Part shown: piece by piece, positions 41,156-50,796 of the stretch
Numbering within the stretch: position 1 is the stretch's first letter
Layout: each line of letters begins with the position of its first letter
Assembly (NCBI GenBank): GCA_040222015.1
Contig: JAVJWO010000173.1
Coordinates: 1-59,306 of the forward strand
DNA length: 59,306 nucleotides
Source of the DNA: Coleofasciculus chthonoplastes F2-STO-03
GTDB lineage: Bacteria; Cyanobacteriota; Cyanobacteriia; Cyanobacteriales; Coleofasciculaceae
Direction of reading: 5' to 3'
Notes under the pieces: generated by a model
The model's input: only the letters and a program-made list of their open reading frames with translations
What the model was told of the DNA's origin: nothing
The model's database searches: none
Position numbers and translations under genes: made by a program

Positions 41156-43339
41156 ATGGTAGATAATTTAATTGATACAACGGTTTCCCCAAAACAACTT
41201 CGATTTAAGCCAGGAGGTTTACCTGCTTCATTTGAAGTTAAAGTCGTTAATGATAGCGAGCGCTTTGCCAGTTTTCAGGTGGAAGTAACGGCGGCTGGAG
41301 TTGATGATGATCGGCTTCCGGATTGGTACACGATCTCCCCAGAAGTGGGGACTAAAAAGCCGCCGGGTGATGTCACCCATTTTCAGGTGGCGATTATCGA
41401 TAATCCTGTTCCCGGGTTTGTCGGATTGATGAACCTAACGGTGCGTGTCTTTTCCATGGAACTCCCGGATGAAGACCGAGAAGTATTGCGGTTAATTCTA
41501 GAACAGGGTACGGGTTCAATTCCGTTAAAATTGGATCTGCCAGTACGGGAGTTTCAAGAACGTCCAGCAAGTCAGCAGGAAATTCCGGTACGGGTTTATA
41601 ATCCCAGTCAACTCGAAACCCATGTTACATTAAACTTTTCAGGCATAGATCCAACCTGGATTGTCGATGGAACCGAACGCCAATTATATCTACCTCCAAA
41701 CGGACAAGTCACTGAAACATTTATTTGCCAAATTCCTGACATTTCCCAAGCGCCCAGTCGGATTTATCCCTTTGCGATCGCGGCGACTCATCGCCATGGT
41801 TCTCCCGCCCAAGTGGAAGGTACGCTGGAAGTTTTACCGATGGGATTGGTTGAGTTTAGCGCCACTCCCAAACAACATCAAATTCCCGCCAAACGCCCTT
41901 GGATACCCAACTGGCGTAATTCCCCGGTTCCCTACACCTTGGAATTTGAGAATCATAGCAATCTTCAGCAACAGGTTACTGTTAATATTCAGGGTGAAGA
42001 CCAACAGGAATGTACCTTAGAATTGCCAGATAAACCCGCCGAATTGAATCCGGGTCAAACGGTTCAAGCGCCGCTGAGAGTTCAAGCCAGACGCCATTTA
42101 TGGGGTCGAAAAAAGGAACTTTCTTTAGAAGCATTGGCGACGTTATCGGATCAACGTTTAGGGAATACCAATCCGGCTAGCAAACTGTTACGACTCGATG
42201 TTTATCCGATTATTCCAACTTGGTTACTCCTAGGTGGAGGATTGCTGCTTTTATATTTTATCTGGTGGCTATCTTGGCTCAATCCCGATAATAAGTTTTT
42301 TGGGCATCAAGCGGCGGTGAATTCGGTGCAATTTAATGGCATGAGCCAGAATGTTGTCAGTGGATCTAATGACGAAACTTTAATTAAATGGCGAGTCGAT
42401 GGTTTTTTTAACCCCTTTGCTAATCCAGAAGTGGAGGAGATTGCCGATACAGGTAAAGCTGTGCGGGTTATTCGTTATAAACCAGTCGATAATAACGTGG
42501 TGGCGACAGGGTTAGAAAATGGTGAAATTCAACTGTTGAATTTATTGGCAGAAACTCCAAAATTAATGATGTCTTTTTCCCAGGAAAAAGATGATCGAGT
42601 GTTGGCATTAGAGTTTACAGATGACTCCCGCTACCTGTTTAGTGGTCACGGCAGTGGTTTGGTACTTGGGTGGGACATTCAACAAAATTTAGGCGAAGCC
42701 GATGCGGGAGTGAATGGCAATGTTGAACCCCTACGTAGCGGACGATTCAAATTCGCCATATATGCCTTAAATTTTGTGGGACAAGGTAATCAAAATTTAG
42801 TGGTTGCTGGACGGTTTAACACCTTAGCCATTTGGAATTTACCCAACCCAGATAATGTGGCAATTCCTATACCCTATCGTGAAGGGGGTCAGGATGACTA
42901 TATTTTCAGTATTGATGTTGCTGATATGAAACCTTATCTAATGGCAACGGCTGACAATCAAGGCTATATTACCTTGTGGAATATGGAATCCTGTTTGGTT
43001 GAGGGTCAACCGTCCTGTGAAATTATTGACCAATGGTCGAATGGTCATGACGGTCAAGCGGTACGATCTGTGGCGTTGAGTAATGGGGGTTGTTACTTAG
43101 CTAGTGGCGGCGATGATGGACGAATGATGCTGTGGCCCCTAACCACTCGGGGTAAACGAGCAGAAAATTATGTAAGTGGTATTGAAGTGGGTCGGTCATT
43201 GAGAAACAAAACATTCAATAGTGTGGATATAAATGTTTTGAAGAGAAATATTCTCATCGCTAGTGGTAGTGACGATACCCTGGTGCGGGTGAGACGAGCG
43301 AAACGGCTCAAAGGGTTAGGGTGCGATCGCGATGAGTGA
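41156..43339 (+). CDS. Single-pass membrane protein: ~3 Ig-like beta-sandwich repeats, TM helix, WD40 propeller
   Basis: Repeated V.V.N.S....PG motifs, TM segment IIPTWLLLGGGLLLLYFIWWLSWL, and WD40 repeats (GHQAAVNSV..SGSND, GHDGQAVRSVALS..ASGGDDG). Confidence 0.8.
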   Translation: MVDNLIDTTVSPKQLRFKPGGLPASFEVKVVNDSERFASFQVEVTAAGVDDDRLPDWYTISPEVGTKKPPGDVTHFQVAIIDNPVPGFVGLMNLTVRVFSMELPDEDREVLRLILEQGTGSIPLKLDLPVREFQERPASQQEIPVRVYNPSQLETHVTLNFSGIDPTWIVDGTERQLYLPPNGQVTETFICQIPDISQAPSRIYPFAIAATHRHGSPAQVEGTLEVLPMGLVEFSATPKQHQIPAKRPWIPNWRNSPVPYTLEFENHSNLQQQVTVNIQGEDQQECTLELPDKPAELNPGQTVQAPLRVQARRHLWGRKKELSLEALATLSDQRLGNTNPASKLLRLDVYPIIPTWLLLGGGLLLLYFIWWLSWLNPDNKFFGHQAAVNSVQFNGMSQNVVSGSNDETLIKWRVDGFFNPFANPEVEEIADTGKAVRVIRYKPVDNNVVATGLENGEIQLLNLLAETPKLMMSFSQEKDDRVLALEFTDDSRYLFSGHGSGLVLGWDIQQNLGEADAGVNGNVEPLRSGRFKFAIYALNFVGQGNQNLVVAGRFNTLAIWNLPNPDNVAIPIPYREGGQDDYIFSIDVADMKPYLMATADNQGYITLWNMESCLVEGQPSCEIIDQWSNGHDGQAVRSVALSNGGCYLASGGDDGRMMLWPLTTRGKRAENYVSGIEVGRSLRNKTFNSVDINVLKRNILIASGSDDTLVRVRRAKRLKGLGCDRDE

Positions 43340-43567
43340 GAACGCTTGATGAAGCTCAAACGTCTAATTCTAGCTAGCATCACCACCTTCTTCACCACTT
43401 TACCCAATTTTCCGGTAACAGCATAAGTAGGTGGACACAATTAAAGTGAACGGTGGAGAACTCGCTGCCCGAAAAGAAGCAAGCGACGTCATTCCTCAGG
43501 GAACAGGGAACAGGTAAGGTAGAGTGAGTTAACTTCCCCAGCTTCCCCATCTCCCCCAGCAAAAACT

Positions 43568-44743
43568 ATGACTCGCGTCGTTGGATTAATCAGTGGTACG
43601 TCAGTTGATGGAATTGATGCGGCTTTCGTGGAGATTGCGGGTTCCGAGTCCGATTTAACTGTGGAGTTATTGGCGGGAGAGACTTACCCCTACCCGGAAC
43701 AACTGCGATCGCAAATCCTTAATCTCTGTGCGGGTGGTTCTATATCGATGGCAGAATTCGCTGGATTAGATGATGCGATCGCGCGACAATTTGCTCAAGC
43801 CGCCCAAGCCATCCAAAAACACCACCCACCCGCCGCTACACTGATCGGTTCCCACGGTCAAACCGTTTACCATCGCCCTCCGGCTCCCCAGCTCCCTCAC
43901 CCCTGTGTCCCTCCACCCCCCTACACCCCTTTGGGCTATAGTCTTCAATTAGGACGGGGAGAGGTTATTGCTGACGCCACAGGGATTAAAACGGTTAGTA
44001 ATTTCCGTGTCGCTGATATTGCGGTTGGGGGTCAAGGAGCGCCCTTAGTCTCCAAAATTGATGCTTGTTTGCTCTCCTCCCCGACTCAGCACCGATGTAT
44101 CCAAAATATCGGCGGAATTGGTAATGTTACTTACCTCCCTCCCTGTCAAGGAAATTGGTTAGAGTTGGTCAGTGGTTGGGATACAGGACCAGGAAATACG
44201 CTGTTGGATTTAGCCGTGCAGCATTTTACCCAGGGACGTCAATCTTATGACCAAGACGGGAACTGGGCGCGACAAGGTACAGTTTGTCAAGCCTTGCTTA
44301 ACAAATGGTTAACCCATGACTTTTTCCAGCAACCCCCGCCTAAATCCACAGGGCGAGAATTATTCGGCTGGGATTATCTACACCAAAGTATTGCCGAGAG
44401 TCAAGCCTATTCTCTGAGTCCGGCTGATCTATTGGCAACCCTGACAGAACTCACCGTCGCGTCTATAGAGGACAGCTATCGTCGCTTTTTACCGAAGATG
44501 CCTGATCAGATATTCGTATGTGGTGGGGGTAGCCGCAATCTTTATCTCAAACAGCGCATGCATTCCCGGTTACAATCCGTACAGATACAAACAACGGATG
44601 AGGCTGGGGTGAGCGGAGATTTCAAAGAAGCGATCGCCTTTGCCGTTTTAGCCTATTGGCGAGACTTGGGCATTTGCGGGAATCTCCCACCAGTTACGGG
44701 CGCGAAGCAGGCGGTACCTTTGGGTAATATCGCGTCATCTTAA
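43568..44743 (+). CDS. anmK: Anhydro-N-acetylmuramic acid kinase
   Basis: GL.SGTS.DG.D, GSHGQT..H.P, GGQGAPL, NIGGI.N, DTGPGN, PKSTGRE.F, CGGG and EA.AFA motifs. Confidence 0.96.
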   Translation: MTRVVGLISGTSVDGIDAAFVEIAGSESDLTVELLAGETYPYPEQLRSQILNLCAGGSISMAEFAGLDDAIARQFAQAAQAIQKHHPPAATLIGSHGQTVYHRPPAPQLPHPCVPPPPYTPLGYSLQLGRGEVIADATGIKTVSNFRVADIAVGGQGAPLVSKIDACLLSSPTQHRCIQNIGGIGNVTYLPPCQGNWLELVSGWDTGPGNTLLDLAVQHFTQGRQSYDQDGNWARQGTVCQALLNKWLTHDFFQQPPPKSTGRELFGWDYLHQSIAESQAYSLSPADLLATLTELTVASIEDSYRRFLPKMPDQIFVCGGGSRNLYLKQRMHSRLQSVQIQTTDEAGVSGDFKEAIAFAVLAYWRDLGICGNLPPVTGAKQAVPLGNIASS

Positions 44744-44825
44744 ATAATTAACGGAGAATCCAGCATTTCTTGTCCACTTGGGATTACACTAAATACTGAA
44801 ACACAATTGCCTATTTTTTTATCCT

Positions 44826-45085
44826 ATTCAACAACCCTAACTTACTTCGTTGAAGTCAGGGATTGTCGGACAAACGACAATTTAAACCGTTGAATACCGC
44901 ATAGAGTCTCGGTTTGGTACAGACACCTGGATACTTCCCTAGTCCGGATTAAATCTAAAGCCTTTTGTCAGGCTGTTGGTAGAGACGCGCCATGGCGCGT
45001 CTGTACAAGACATCTTAACCGAGATGGCGGGAAGGGACTACATTTCGACTTCGCTCAATGTAAACACTTTTACTCGTGAGGTTTA
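44826..45085 (+). ncRNA. Putative omegaRNA scaffold of the IsrB element
   Basis: Sits 5' of an IscB-family ORF; paired segments include TCTCGGTT/AACCGAGA and CTTCCC/GGGAAG. Inferred by eye; no covariance model was run. Confidence 0.6.
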
Positions 45086-45091
45086 TCACCC

Positions 45092-46283
45092 ATGTTACGA
45101 GTACCCGTTCTATCAAAATCAGGCAAGCCGTTAATGCCTACAAAACCTAGCCGCGCTAGACGTTGGCTAAAAAACGGTAAAGCCAAAATTGTACACAACG
45201 ACTTAGAATACTTTGCCATTCAGTTGACCTTTAAGACAGGAGAAAGTACCCAACCTATAGCTTTAGGCATAGATCCCGGAAAATGTTATTCAGGGATTGG
45301 GGTTCAATCGAGCCTTGCTACTCTCTGGATGGCTCATTTAGTCCTACCGTTTAAGACAGTTAAGGAACGGATGGAATTACGGCAAATCATGCGTCGAGCC
45401 AGACGGGGAAGACGGATTAACCGGAAGCTGTCTTACTCTGAACGCTGCCATCGTCAAAAAAGGTTTAATAACCGCAGACAAGGACCCATTACCTCCCTCA
45501 ATTCGAGCCAACAAACAGCTAGAGTTACGGGTAGTTAAAGAGTTGTTTAAGCTGTTCCCTGTTAGTGCTATTCACTATGAGCTAGTCATGGCTGATGTTG
45601 ATAAAACCAGTGGACGTAGCTCGGCTCGTAGGAGCGTTGGCTTTTCTCCAGTTATGGTGGGACAACGACAGATGCTTAACTGGTTGTCTAAGTTAGCTCC
45701 TGTTGTTACCCACAAAGGATGGCAACGGGATGGTAATGGAACCAGTCAACTTAGACAATGGTTAGGGTTAGCCAAAGACAAGAAAAACAAATCGAACCAA
45801 ACACCTGCAACTCATGCTGTTGATGGTGTGACCTTAGCCGCGTCTGAGTTCATCCAATGGCGAGAACGACACTCCAGTAATGCTAAGCATGGCAACTGGG
45901 AAGGTGGTGTTCAGATTACACAAGCACCGTTTGCAGTAATTCGTAGACCGCCCGTTAGCCGCAGACAATTACACCTTTGTGTTCCGACTAAAGGAGGTAA
46001 GCGGCGCAAATATGGTGGCACAGTTACCCGTCATGGGTTCAGAAAAGGTGATAAGGTTTTAGCCGAAAAAGCTGGAAAGGCTTACATCGGCTGGTGTTCT
46101 GGAGACACTGAGAAGCAGGTTTCAGTTAGCGATGCTAGCTGGAAAAGACTTGGGCAGTTTACTGCCAAGAAAGTCCGGTTGTTGCAGCGAAGCACGGGGT
46201 TAATCGTTCGCATTGAGCGAAGTCGAAATGTCGTGCCTTCAACTGGATTGTCAAACCTTGCCACGTTGAGTGGCAAGGTTTGA
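45092..46283 (+). pseudogene. isrB: IsrB (HNH-less IscB family RNA-guided nickase), frameshifted
   Basis: PLMP motif, RuvC-I GIDPG, Arg-rich bridge helix, RuvC-II YE, RuvC-III HAVD and no HNH/CxxC. A +1 frameshift at ~45485-45488 is bridged by [20 protein letters not shown] in the second frame. Confidence 0.85.
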
Positions 46284-46434
46284 CCTCTATCCCTATCCGG
46301 GTTGCTTCGCTGAACCCGGAGTCTCACGAGATATCCTATGACTACGATTTTGGCAATCTGCTTGGTCAGGCATTGTGCCATAGTTGAGGACAAATTCAAC
46401 CAGCACTATTCGATTAGAGGCAAAGGGTAACGCT

Positions 46435-46881
46435 GTGGCTCACACCTTTTTAATGGAGGCAGGACGCTGGACACTCCAGGGAAATTGGCTGGAGCGCAAT
46501 GGATCTCTTCTAAGCGTTAGAGGGAAAACAATTGTTGCCTGGGGTCGAGAAAACTGGTTTACGATGGTAACCAAGCTGGTTTTTCCCGACGATGAGCGTG
46601 AAGATATTTCTTTCCAATATCGGGGGCGTCTTGATGCCGGAGAACGGCAGTATACCTTCGTCTTACAGCATAGTGTTTTGGGTCGTGTTGAGGGCGAAGG
46701 TTGGATCGCTCCAGAATCCATTGTGCAACGCTATTGGGTTTTAAGCGATCGTCAAAGACGTAGTGGTTTTGAAACCCGACACCAACTTGATGATAATACC
46801 TACTACCTCTCCAGTAGCATCATGGCGGGTCATTATCTGACCAGCACAATGGAAGCAACGCTAGAACGACAGCCTGGATAG
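46435..46881 (+). CDS. Conserved cyanobacterial hypothetical protein
   Basis: Well-formed beta-rich ORF (HTFL.E.G.W.L.G.W, LG.VEGEGW); GTG at 46435 is preferred. Confidence 0.72.
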   Translation: MAHTFLMEAGRWTLQGNWLERNGSLLSVRGKTIVAWGRENWFTMVTKLVFPDDEREDISFQYRGRLDAGERQYTFVLQHSVLGRVEGEGWIAPESIVQRYWVLSDRQRRSGFETRHQLDDNTYYLSSSIMAGHYLTSTMEATLERQPG

Positions 46882-47369
46882 CACAAGCCTATAATCAGAA
46901 GTATAAAGTGTGAAGTATCAACACTCAGCACCCCGTACTAAAGTAATGGGGCTTCGATCCTTCACGCTTAGTTAGAACCGTTCTGCTTGTATTCCTCTCC
47001 GGTTGAAAGACACGGAGTTTCCTACATTGGAGGTATTTTGATAAAATCACTCACTGGGATTTGACCTTCCTAAAAATCTGTGACCTTTTACCTGCTTTTC
47101 ATGTGTTAGCGTAGCAGGATATAGTCCGGGATAGACTGATCAATTCTACGTTATCCTTGACTTATGAAACGTATTGAGTTAACGGATTTCGGTTTACCAC
47201 AGGTGTGGCTCCAGATGAACTATAGCTGGTCACAATGGCACAATGGAACGAGTAACCGAGTGAGTTATTGGGTCTAGTTCTTGTTTGATGCTGCTTGCCG
47301 AATTGCGCTTGGGTCAAACTGGTAAATAGGTATCGTTCACAACTGCTCCAAGCTCTCACTAAACCAATC

Positions 47370-48908
47370 ATGACAAAAGACCCTAATCATGGTCGCATAC
47401 TCGCCAACCGCTATCAACTCATTGGATTGATAGGTCAGGGCGCTATGGGTCAAGTTTATAAAGCTAAAGATATGTTACTAGGCGGCGTTATTGTCGCTGT
47501 CAAATTCCTATCCCAAACCTTGCTCAACCAAAAAATGCGCGATCGCTTTGAGCGAGAAGCGACGATCTGTGCGCTACTGGGGGAAAAAAGTAATCATATC
47601 GTGCGCGTCCGGGATTATGGCGTGGATGAAAATGATATTTCGTTTTACGTCATGGAATTCCTAGAAGGCAATGGCTTAAGTGAAATCATTCGCGATCAAA
47701 CCATACCCTTACCTCGGTTTCTCAATATTAGCCGTCAGATTAGTTTAGGGCTGCAATGCGCTCATAAGGGGATCGTGATCGAAGGTGAACTTAGCCCAAT
47801 TATTCACCGAGATATTAAACCCAGTAATATTCTGGTGGTTGAAGACGCCTCCTTCGGAGAACTGGTGAAAATTCTCGACTTTGGTATTGCCAAGCTGATC
47901 CAGTCCAACAGCGAGCAAACACACTCGTTTATGGGGACGTTAGCCTATTGTTCCCCCGAGCAAATGGAAGGACGGGAACTGGATAACCGCTCAGATATTT
48001 ACAGTCTGGGCGTGATGATGTTTGAGATGCTCACCGGCGAAATGCCGATTGTGGGCGAATCGAATTCCTTTGGCGGGTGGTACAAAGCCCATCACTTCAA
48101 CCCACCCCGCCGCTTTGAAACCGCGAAACCGGATTTGAAATTGCCCAAAGCCTTAGAAAATCTGGTGATGAGTTGTCTGGCAAAAGAAGCCAGCGATCGC
48201 CCGCAAACCATTGAGGAAGTCATTCAGACATTAGAACCCTTAGAACAACGTTTTGGTCAAGGACGACAACTCGGTCAACGGATTGGTGCTGTACTCTCGA
48301 AAATATCCCGAGCCGAAGAACCCGCCCAGAAGCCTCCCGCTCGTTCTATTGAAGACCTCTGCTTACAAACGTTTTGGCCCAAAAACAAACCCCAAGCCTC
48401 GATTGTTTTTCCCCATATTATTCGTACCAGTCAGGAACTATTAGCCACCCTTTGGGTAATGCTAACCAAGGACGATATTGAAAACCGCCGCATTAGCACC
48501 CGCTATAACCAATTCCTATTTCTGATGTCTCCCCATCCCATGGTGTTATGGATTACAGCCCTGCACAATCGGCAACATGGCGCTCGTTGGCTAACCTGTT
48601 ATTTGGATCTGAAAACAGCCATGGGTCAAAAAGTGATCCGCATTTTAGGAGAATCAGGAAACTACCGGATTTTATTCTTTGCCCTGACTGAACCGCAACG
48701 CTGCGCCAACGTGATGACTGCCACCATTGCCTCAACTCAGCGAAAACTACTCCTAGATTGGGCAAATGCCAGCCATGCGGCTATGCCCAGCACTCAGCCT
48801 CAGCTCAGTAAACGAATTCTCAAGCAAGAGCTTGAGAAACTTAAGCCGAAAATTGTGATGAAGCTAGAAGCCGTTCACACCGATTACCCAACCGACATTT
48901 CCGGATAG
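47370..48908 (+). CDS. Ser/Thr protein kinase (SpkA-like architecture)
   Basis: GQGAMGQVY, VAVK, HRDIKPSN, DFG, SPEQ and DIYSLG motifs. ATG at 47370 is preferred. Confidence 0.9.
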   Translation: MTKDPNHGRILANRYQLIGLIGQGAMGQVYKAKDMLLGGVIVAVKFLSQTLLNQKMRDRFEREATICALLGEKSNHIVRVRDYGVDENDISFYVMEFLEGNGLSEIIRDQTIPLPRFLNISRQISLGLQCAHKGIVIEGELSPIIHRDIKPSNILVVEDASFGELVKILDFGIAKLIQSNSEQTHSFMGTLAYCSPEQMEGRELDNRSDIYSLGVMMFEMLTGEMPIVGESNSFGGWYKAHHFNPPRRFETAKPDLKLPKALENLVMSCLAKEASDRPQTIEEVIQTLEPLEQRFGQGRQLGQRIGAVLSKISRAEEPAQKPPARSIEDLCLQTFWPKNKPQASIVFPHIIRTSQELLATLWVMLTKDDIENRRISTRYNQFLFLMSPHPMVLWITALHNRQHGARWLTCYLDLKTAMGQKVIRILGESGNYRILFFALTEPQRCANVMTATIASTQRKLLLDWANASHAAMPSTQPQLSKRILKQELEKLKPKIVMKLEAVHTDYPTDISG

Positions 48909-48918
48909 GGAATCACTT

Positions 48919-48982
48919 GTAGGGGCGGGTTTAGGGACTAAATTGCGCTAGTCACCGATAACCTTTCAACAAAACCCGCCCT
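48919..48982. repeat. REP-doublet family GTAGGGGCGGGTTT-(~36 nt variable)-AAACCCGCCC; copies at 28191-28254, ~38272-38333, ~57264-57325, single arms at ~48992 and ~59147
   Basis: Conserved inverted arms with unrelated inner sequences; this copy lies between convergent genes. Confidence 0.85.
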
Positions 48983-49041
48983 GATTCAATTGTGGGGGCG
49001 GGTTTCATCACATTCGGGTGGCAAAAAACGATAATTGTCGG

Positions 49042-50448
49042 TTAAAGCTGCTTCACCTCAGCCACAAGCTGCGCCACAACATCCTTGGCACTACCAAACA
49101 GCATCATCGTCTTATCGCCATAGAACAACTCATTTTCAATACCAGCAAAGCCCGCATTCATACTTCGCTTAATCACGATCGCGTGCTTTGCCTTATCGAC
49201 ATCGAGAATCGGCATCCCGTAAATCGGACTACTGCTATTGCTGCGAGCAGCTGGATTCACCACATCATTGGCACCAATGACGAGAGCAACATCAGTATTA
49301 TCAAACTGAGGATTGATGTCATCCATGTCGTAGAGATAGTCATAAGAGACATTCGCTTCGGCTAAGAGGACATTCATGTGTCCCGGCATCCTACCCGCAA
49401 CCGGGTGAATCGCGTATTTGACCTCAACGCCCAGTTTTTCAAGCTGATCGGCTAACTCGCGCACGGTATGTTGTGCCTGAGCCACTGCCATCCCATAACC
49501 CGGAACAACAACCACAGAGCGGGCATAGCCCAACATCATTGCTCCTTCTTCAGCATCGATGCTATGGACAACCTTGTCGCCGACACCAACAGCACCACCA
49601 GCACCGCCTTGAGCCTCACCGCTACCAAAGGCACTAAATAGCACGTTGGGTAGGGAACGGTTCATCGCCTTACACATAATATTGGTCAGGATTAAACCCG
49701 AAGCCCCAACCAATGCTCCTGCCACAATCAGCATATCGTTCATCACGACAAAACCCGCTGCACTCGCCGCTAACCCGGAAAACGAGTTCAGCAGTGAGAT
49801 CACCACAGGCATATCGCCGCCGCCAATGGGTAGGACAAAGAAAATCCCTAACACTGAGGAGATACCCACCATCGCCAGAAAGATGGTTGTATTGTCCGGT
49901 GTCACTAATAGGTAGCCACTACAGACTAAAAAGCTAATCAGGAGTAAGGCATTAAATAGTTGCTGCAAGGGAAACTTGACTGGTTTACCCGTAATCAACC
50001 CCTGTAACTTGCCAAATGCCACAAAGCTGCCGGTGAGGGTGACGCCACCAATTAGCACACCCAGAATCACGGTAATCGTAGACCCTAAGGGTACACCTTG
50101 ACCTGTACTCAGCAAGCGCCAAAATTCCCCGATCGCGACTAAGGCTGAGGCGGCACCACCCAACCCATTCAGCAAGCCTACCATCTGAGGCATGGCAGTC
50201 ATCGCCACTTTATACGCTGCCGTCACACCAATCACAGCACCAATGGCGATTCCCACCAGAATCATTTGATAATTTAAGACCTGTTGGTTCAATAGAGTTG
50301 CCACCACAGCCAGTAGCATCCCCACTGACGCCCAAACGTTTCCTTGGCGTGCTGTTGCGGGTGATCCCAGCTTCTTCAGCCCAAAGATAAATAATCCAGT
50401 TGCGACTAAATACGTCAGTTCAATCCCAGTCGGTAGAAAGTCGGTCAT
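49042..50448 (-). CDS. pntB: NAD(P) transhydrogenase beta subunit
   Basis: MPQMV, GGGDMPVVISLLNS, VPGYGMAVAQAQ, HPVAGRMPGHMNVLLAEA and GANDVVNPAA motifs. Confidence 0.97.
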   Translation of the reverse strand: MTDFLPTGIELTYLVATGLFIFGLKKLGSPATARQGNVWASVGMLLAVVATLLNQQVLNYQMILVGIAIGAVIGVTAAYKVAMTAMPQMVGLLNGLGGAASALVAIGEFWRLLSTGQGVPLGSTITVILGVLIGGVTLTGSFVAFGKLQGLITGKPVKFPLQQLFNALLLISFLVCSGYLLVTPDNTTIFLAMVGISSVLGIFFVLPIGGGDMPVVISLLNSFSGLAASAAGFVVMNDMLIVAGALVGASGLILTNIMCKAMNRSLPNVLFSAFGSGEAQGGAGGAVGVGDKVVHSIDAEEGAMMLGYARSVVVVPGYGMAVAQAQHTVRELADQLEKLGVEVKYAIHPVAGRMPGHMNVLLAEANVSYDYLYDMDDINPQFDNTDVALVIGANDVVNPAARSNSSSPIYGMPILDVDKAKHAIVIKRSMNAGFAGIENELFYGDKTMMLFGSAKDVVAQLVAEVKQL

Positions 50449-50461
50449 GTTCTCACCTCAC

Positions 50462-50740
50462 TTATTTCTTAAACATTTGCAACATTCGATCCGTCACCAG
50501 GAAACCGCCCACCACGTTAACCGTGGCGAGTACGACAGCGACTAAACCCAAAATGACGGTGACATTCCATTCCTTCGAGCCGGAGATGAGTAATGCGCCG
50601 ATGACGGCAATCCCGGAAATGGCATTTGCCCCAGACATCAAGGGAGTATGTAGGGTGGGTGGCACTTTGTTGATCACTTCAAAACCAACAAAGGCAGCTA
50701 AGACAAAGACAAATAAACTGGCAATGAATGTGGTAGTCAT
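50462..50740 (-). CDS. pntA: NAD(P) transhydrogenase alpha subunit part 2 (membrane)
   Basis: VPPTLHTPLMSGANAISG and NVVGGFLVTDRML.MF motifs. Confidence 0.95.
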   Translation of the reverse strand: MTTTFIASLFVFVLAAFVGFEVINKVPPTLHTPLMSGANAISGIAVIGALLISGSKEWNVTVILGLVAVVLATVNVVGGFLVTDRMLQMFKK

Positions 50741-50796
50741 CTTTTTCTCCTTTTTCGGGGTTCATGGTTCTAACGGAACCTAACCTATACCTACAC

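Larger units (their letters stand above)
44826..46330 (+). mobile_element. IS200/IS605-superfamily IsrB (OMEGA) element without tnpA
   Basis: Left-end hairpin TTCAACAACCCTAACTT...AAGTCAGGGATTG, ~260-nt structured leader, RRXRR/PLMP ORF and right-end hairpin TCCGGGTT...AACCCGGA. Boundaries are approximate. Confidence 0.78.

Noticed and set aside
30163..43339. Prophage remnant or type VI secretion system
   Set aside because: There are no capsid, terminase, portal or integrase genes and no TssJLM/TssK/ClpV; the gene families and order match eCIS baseplates.
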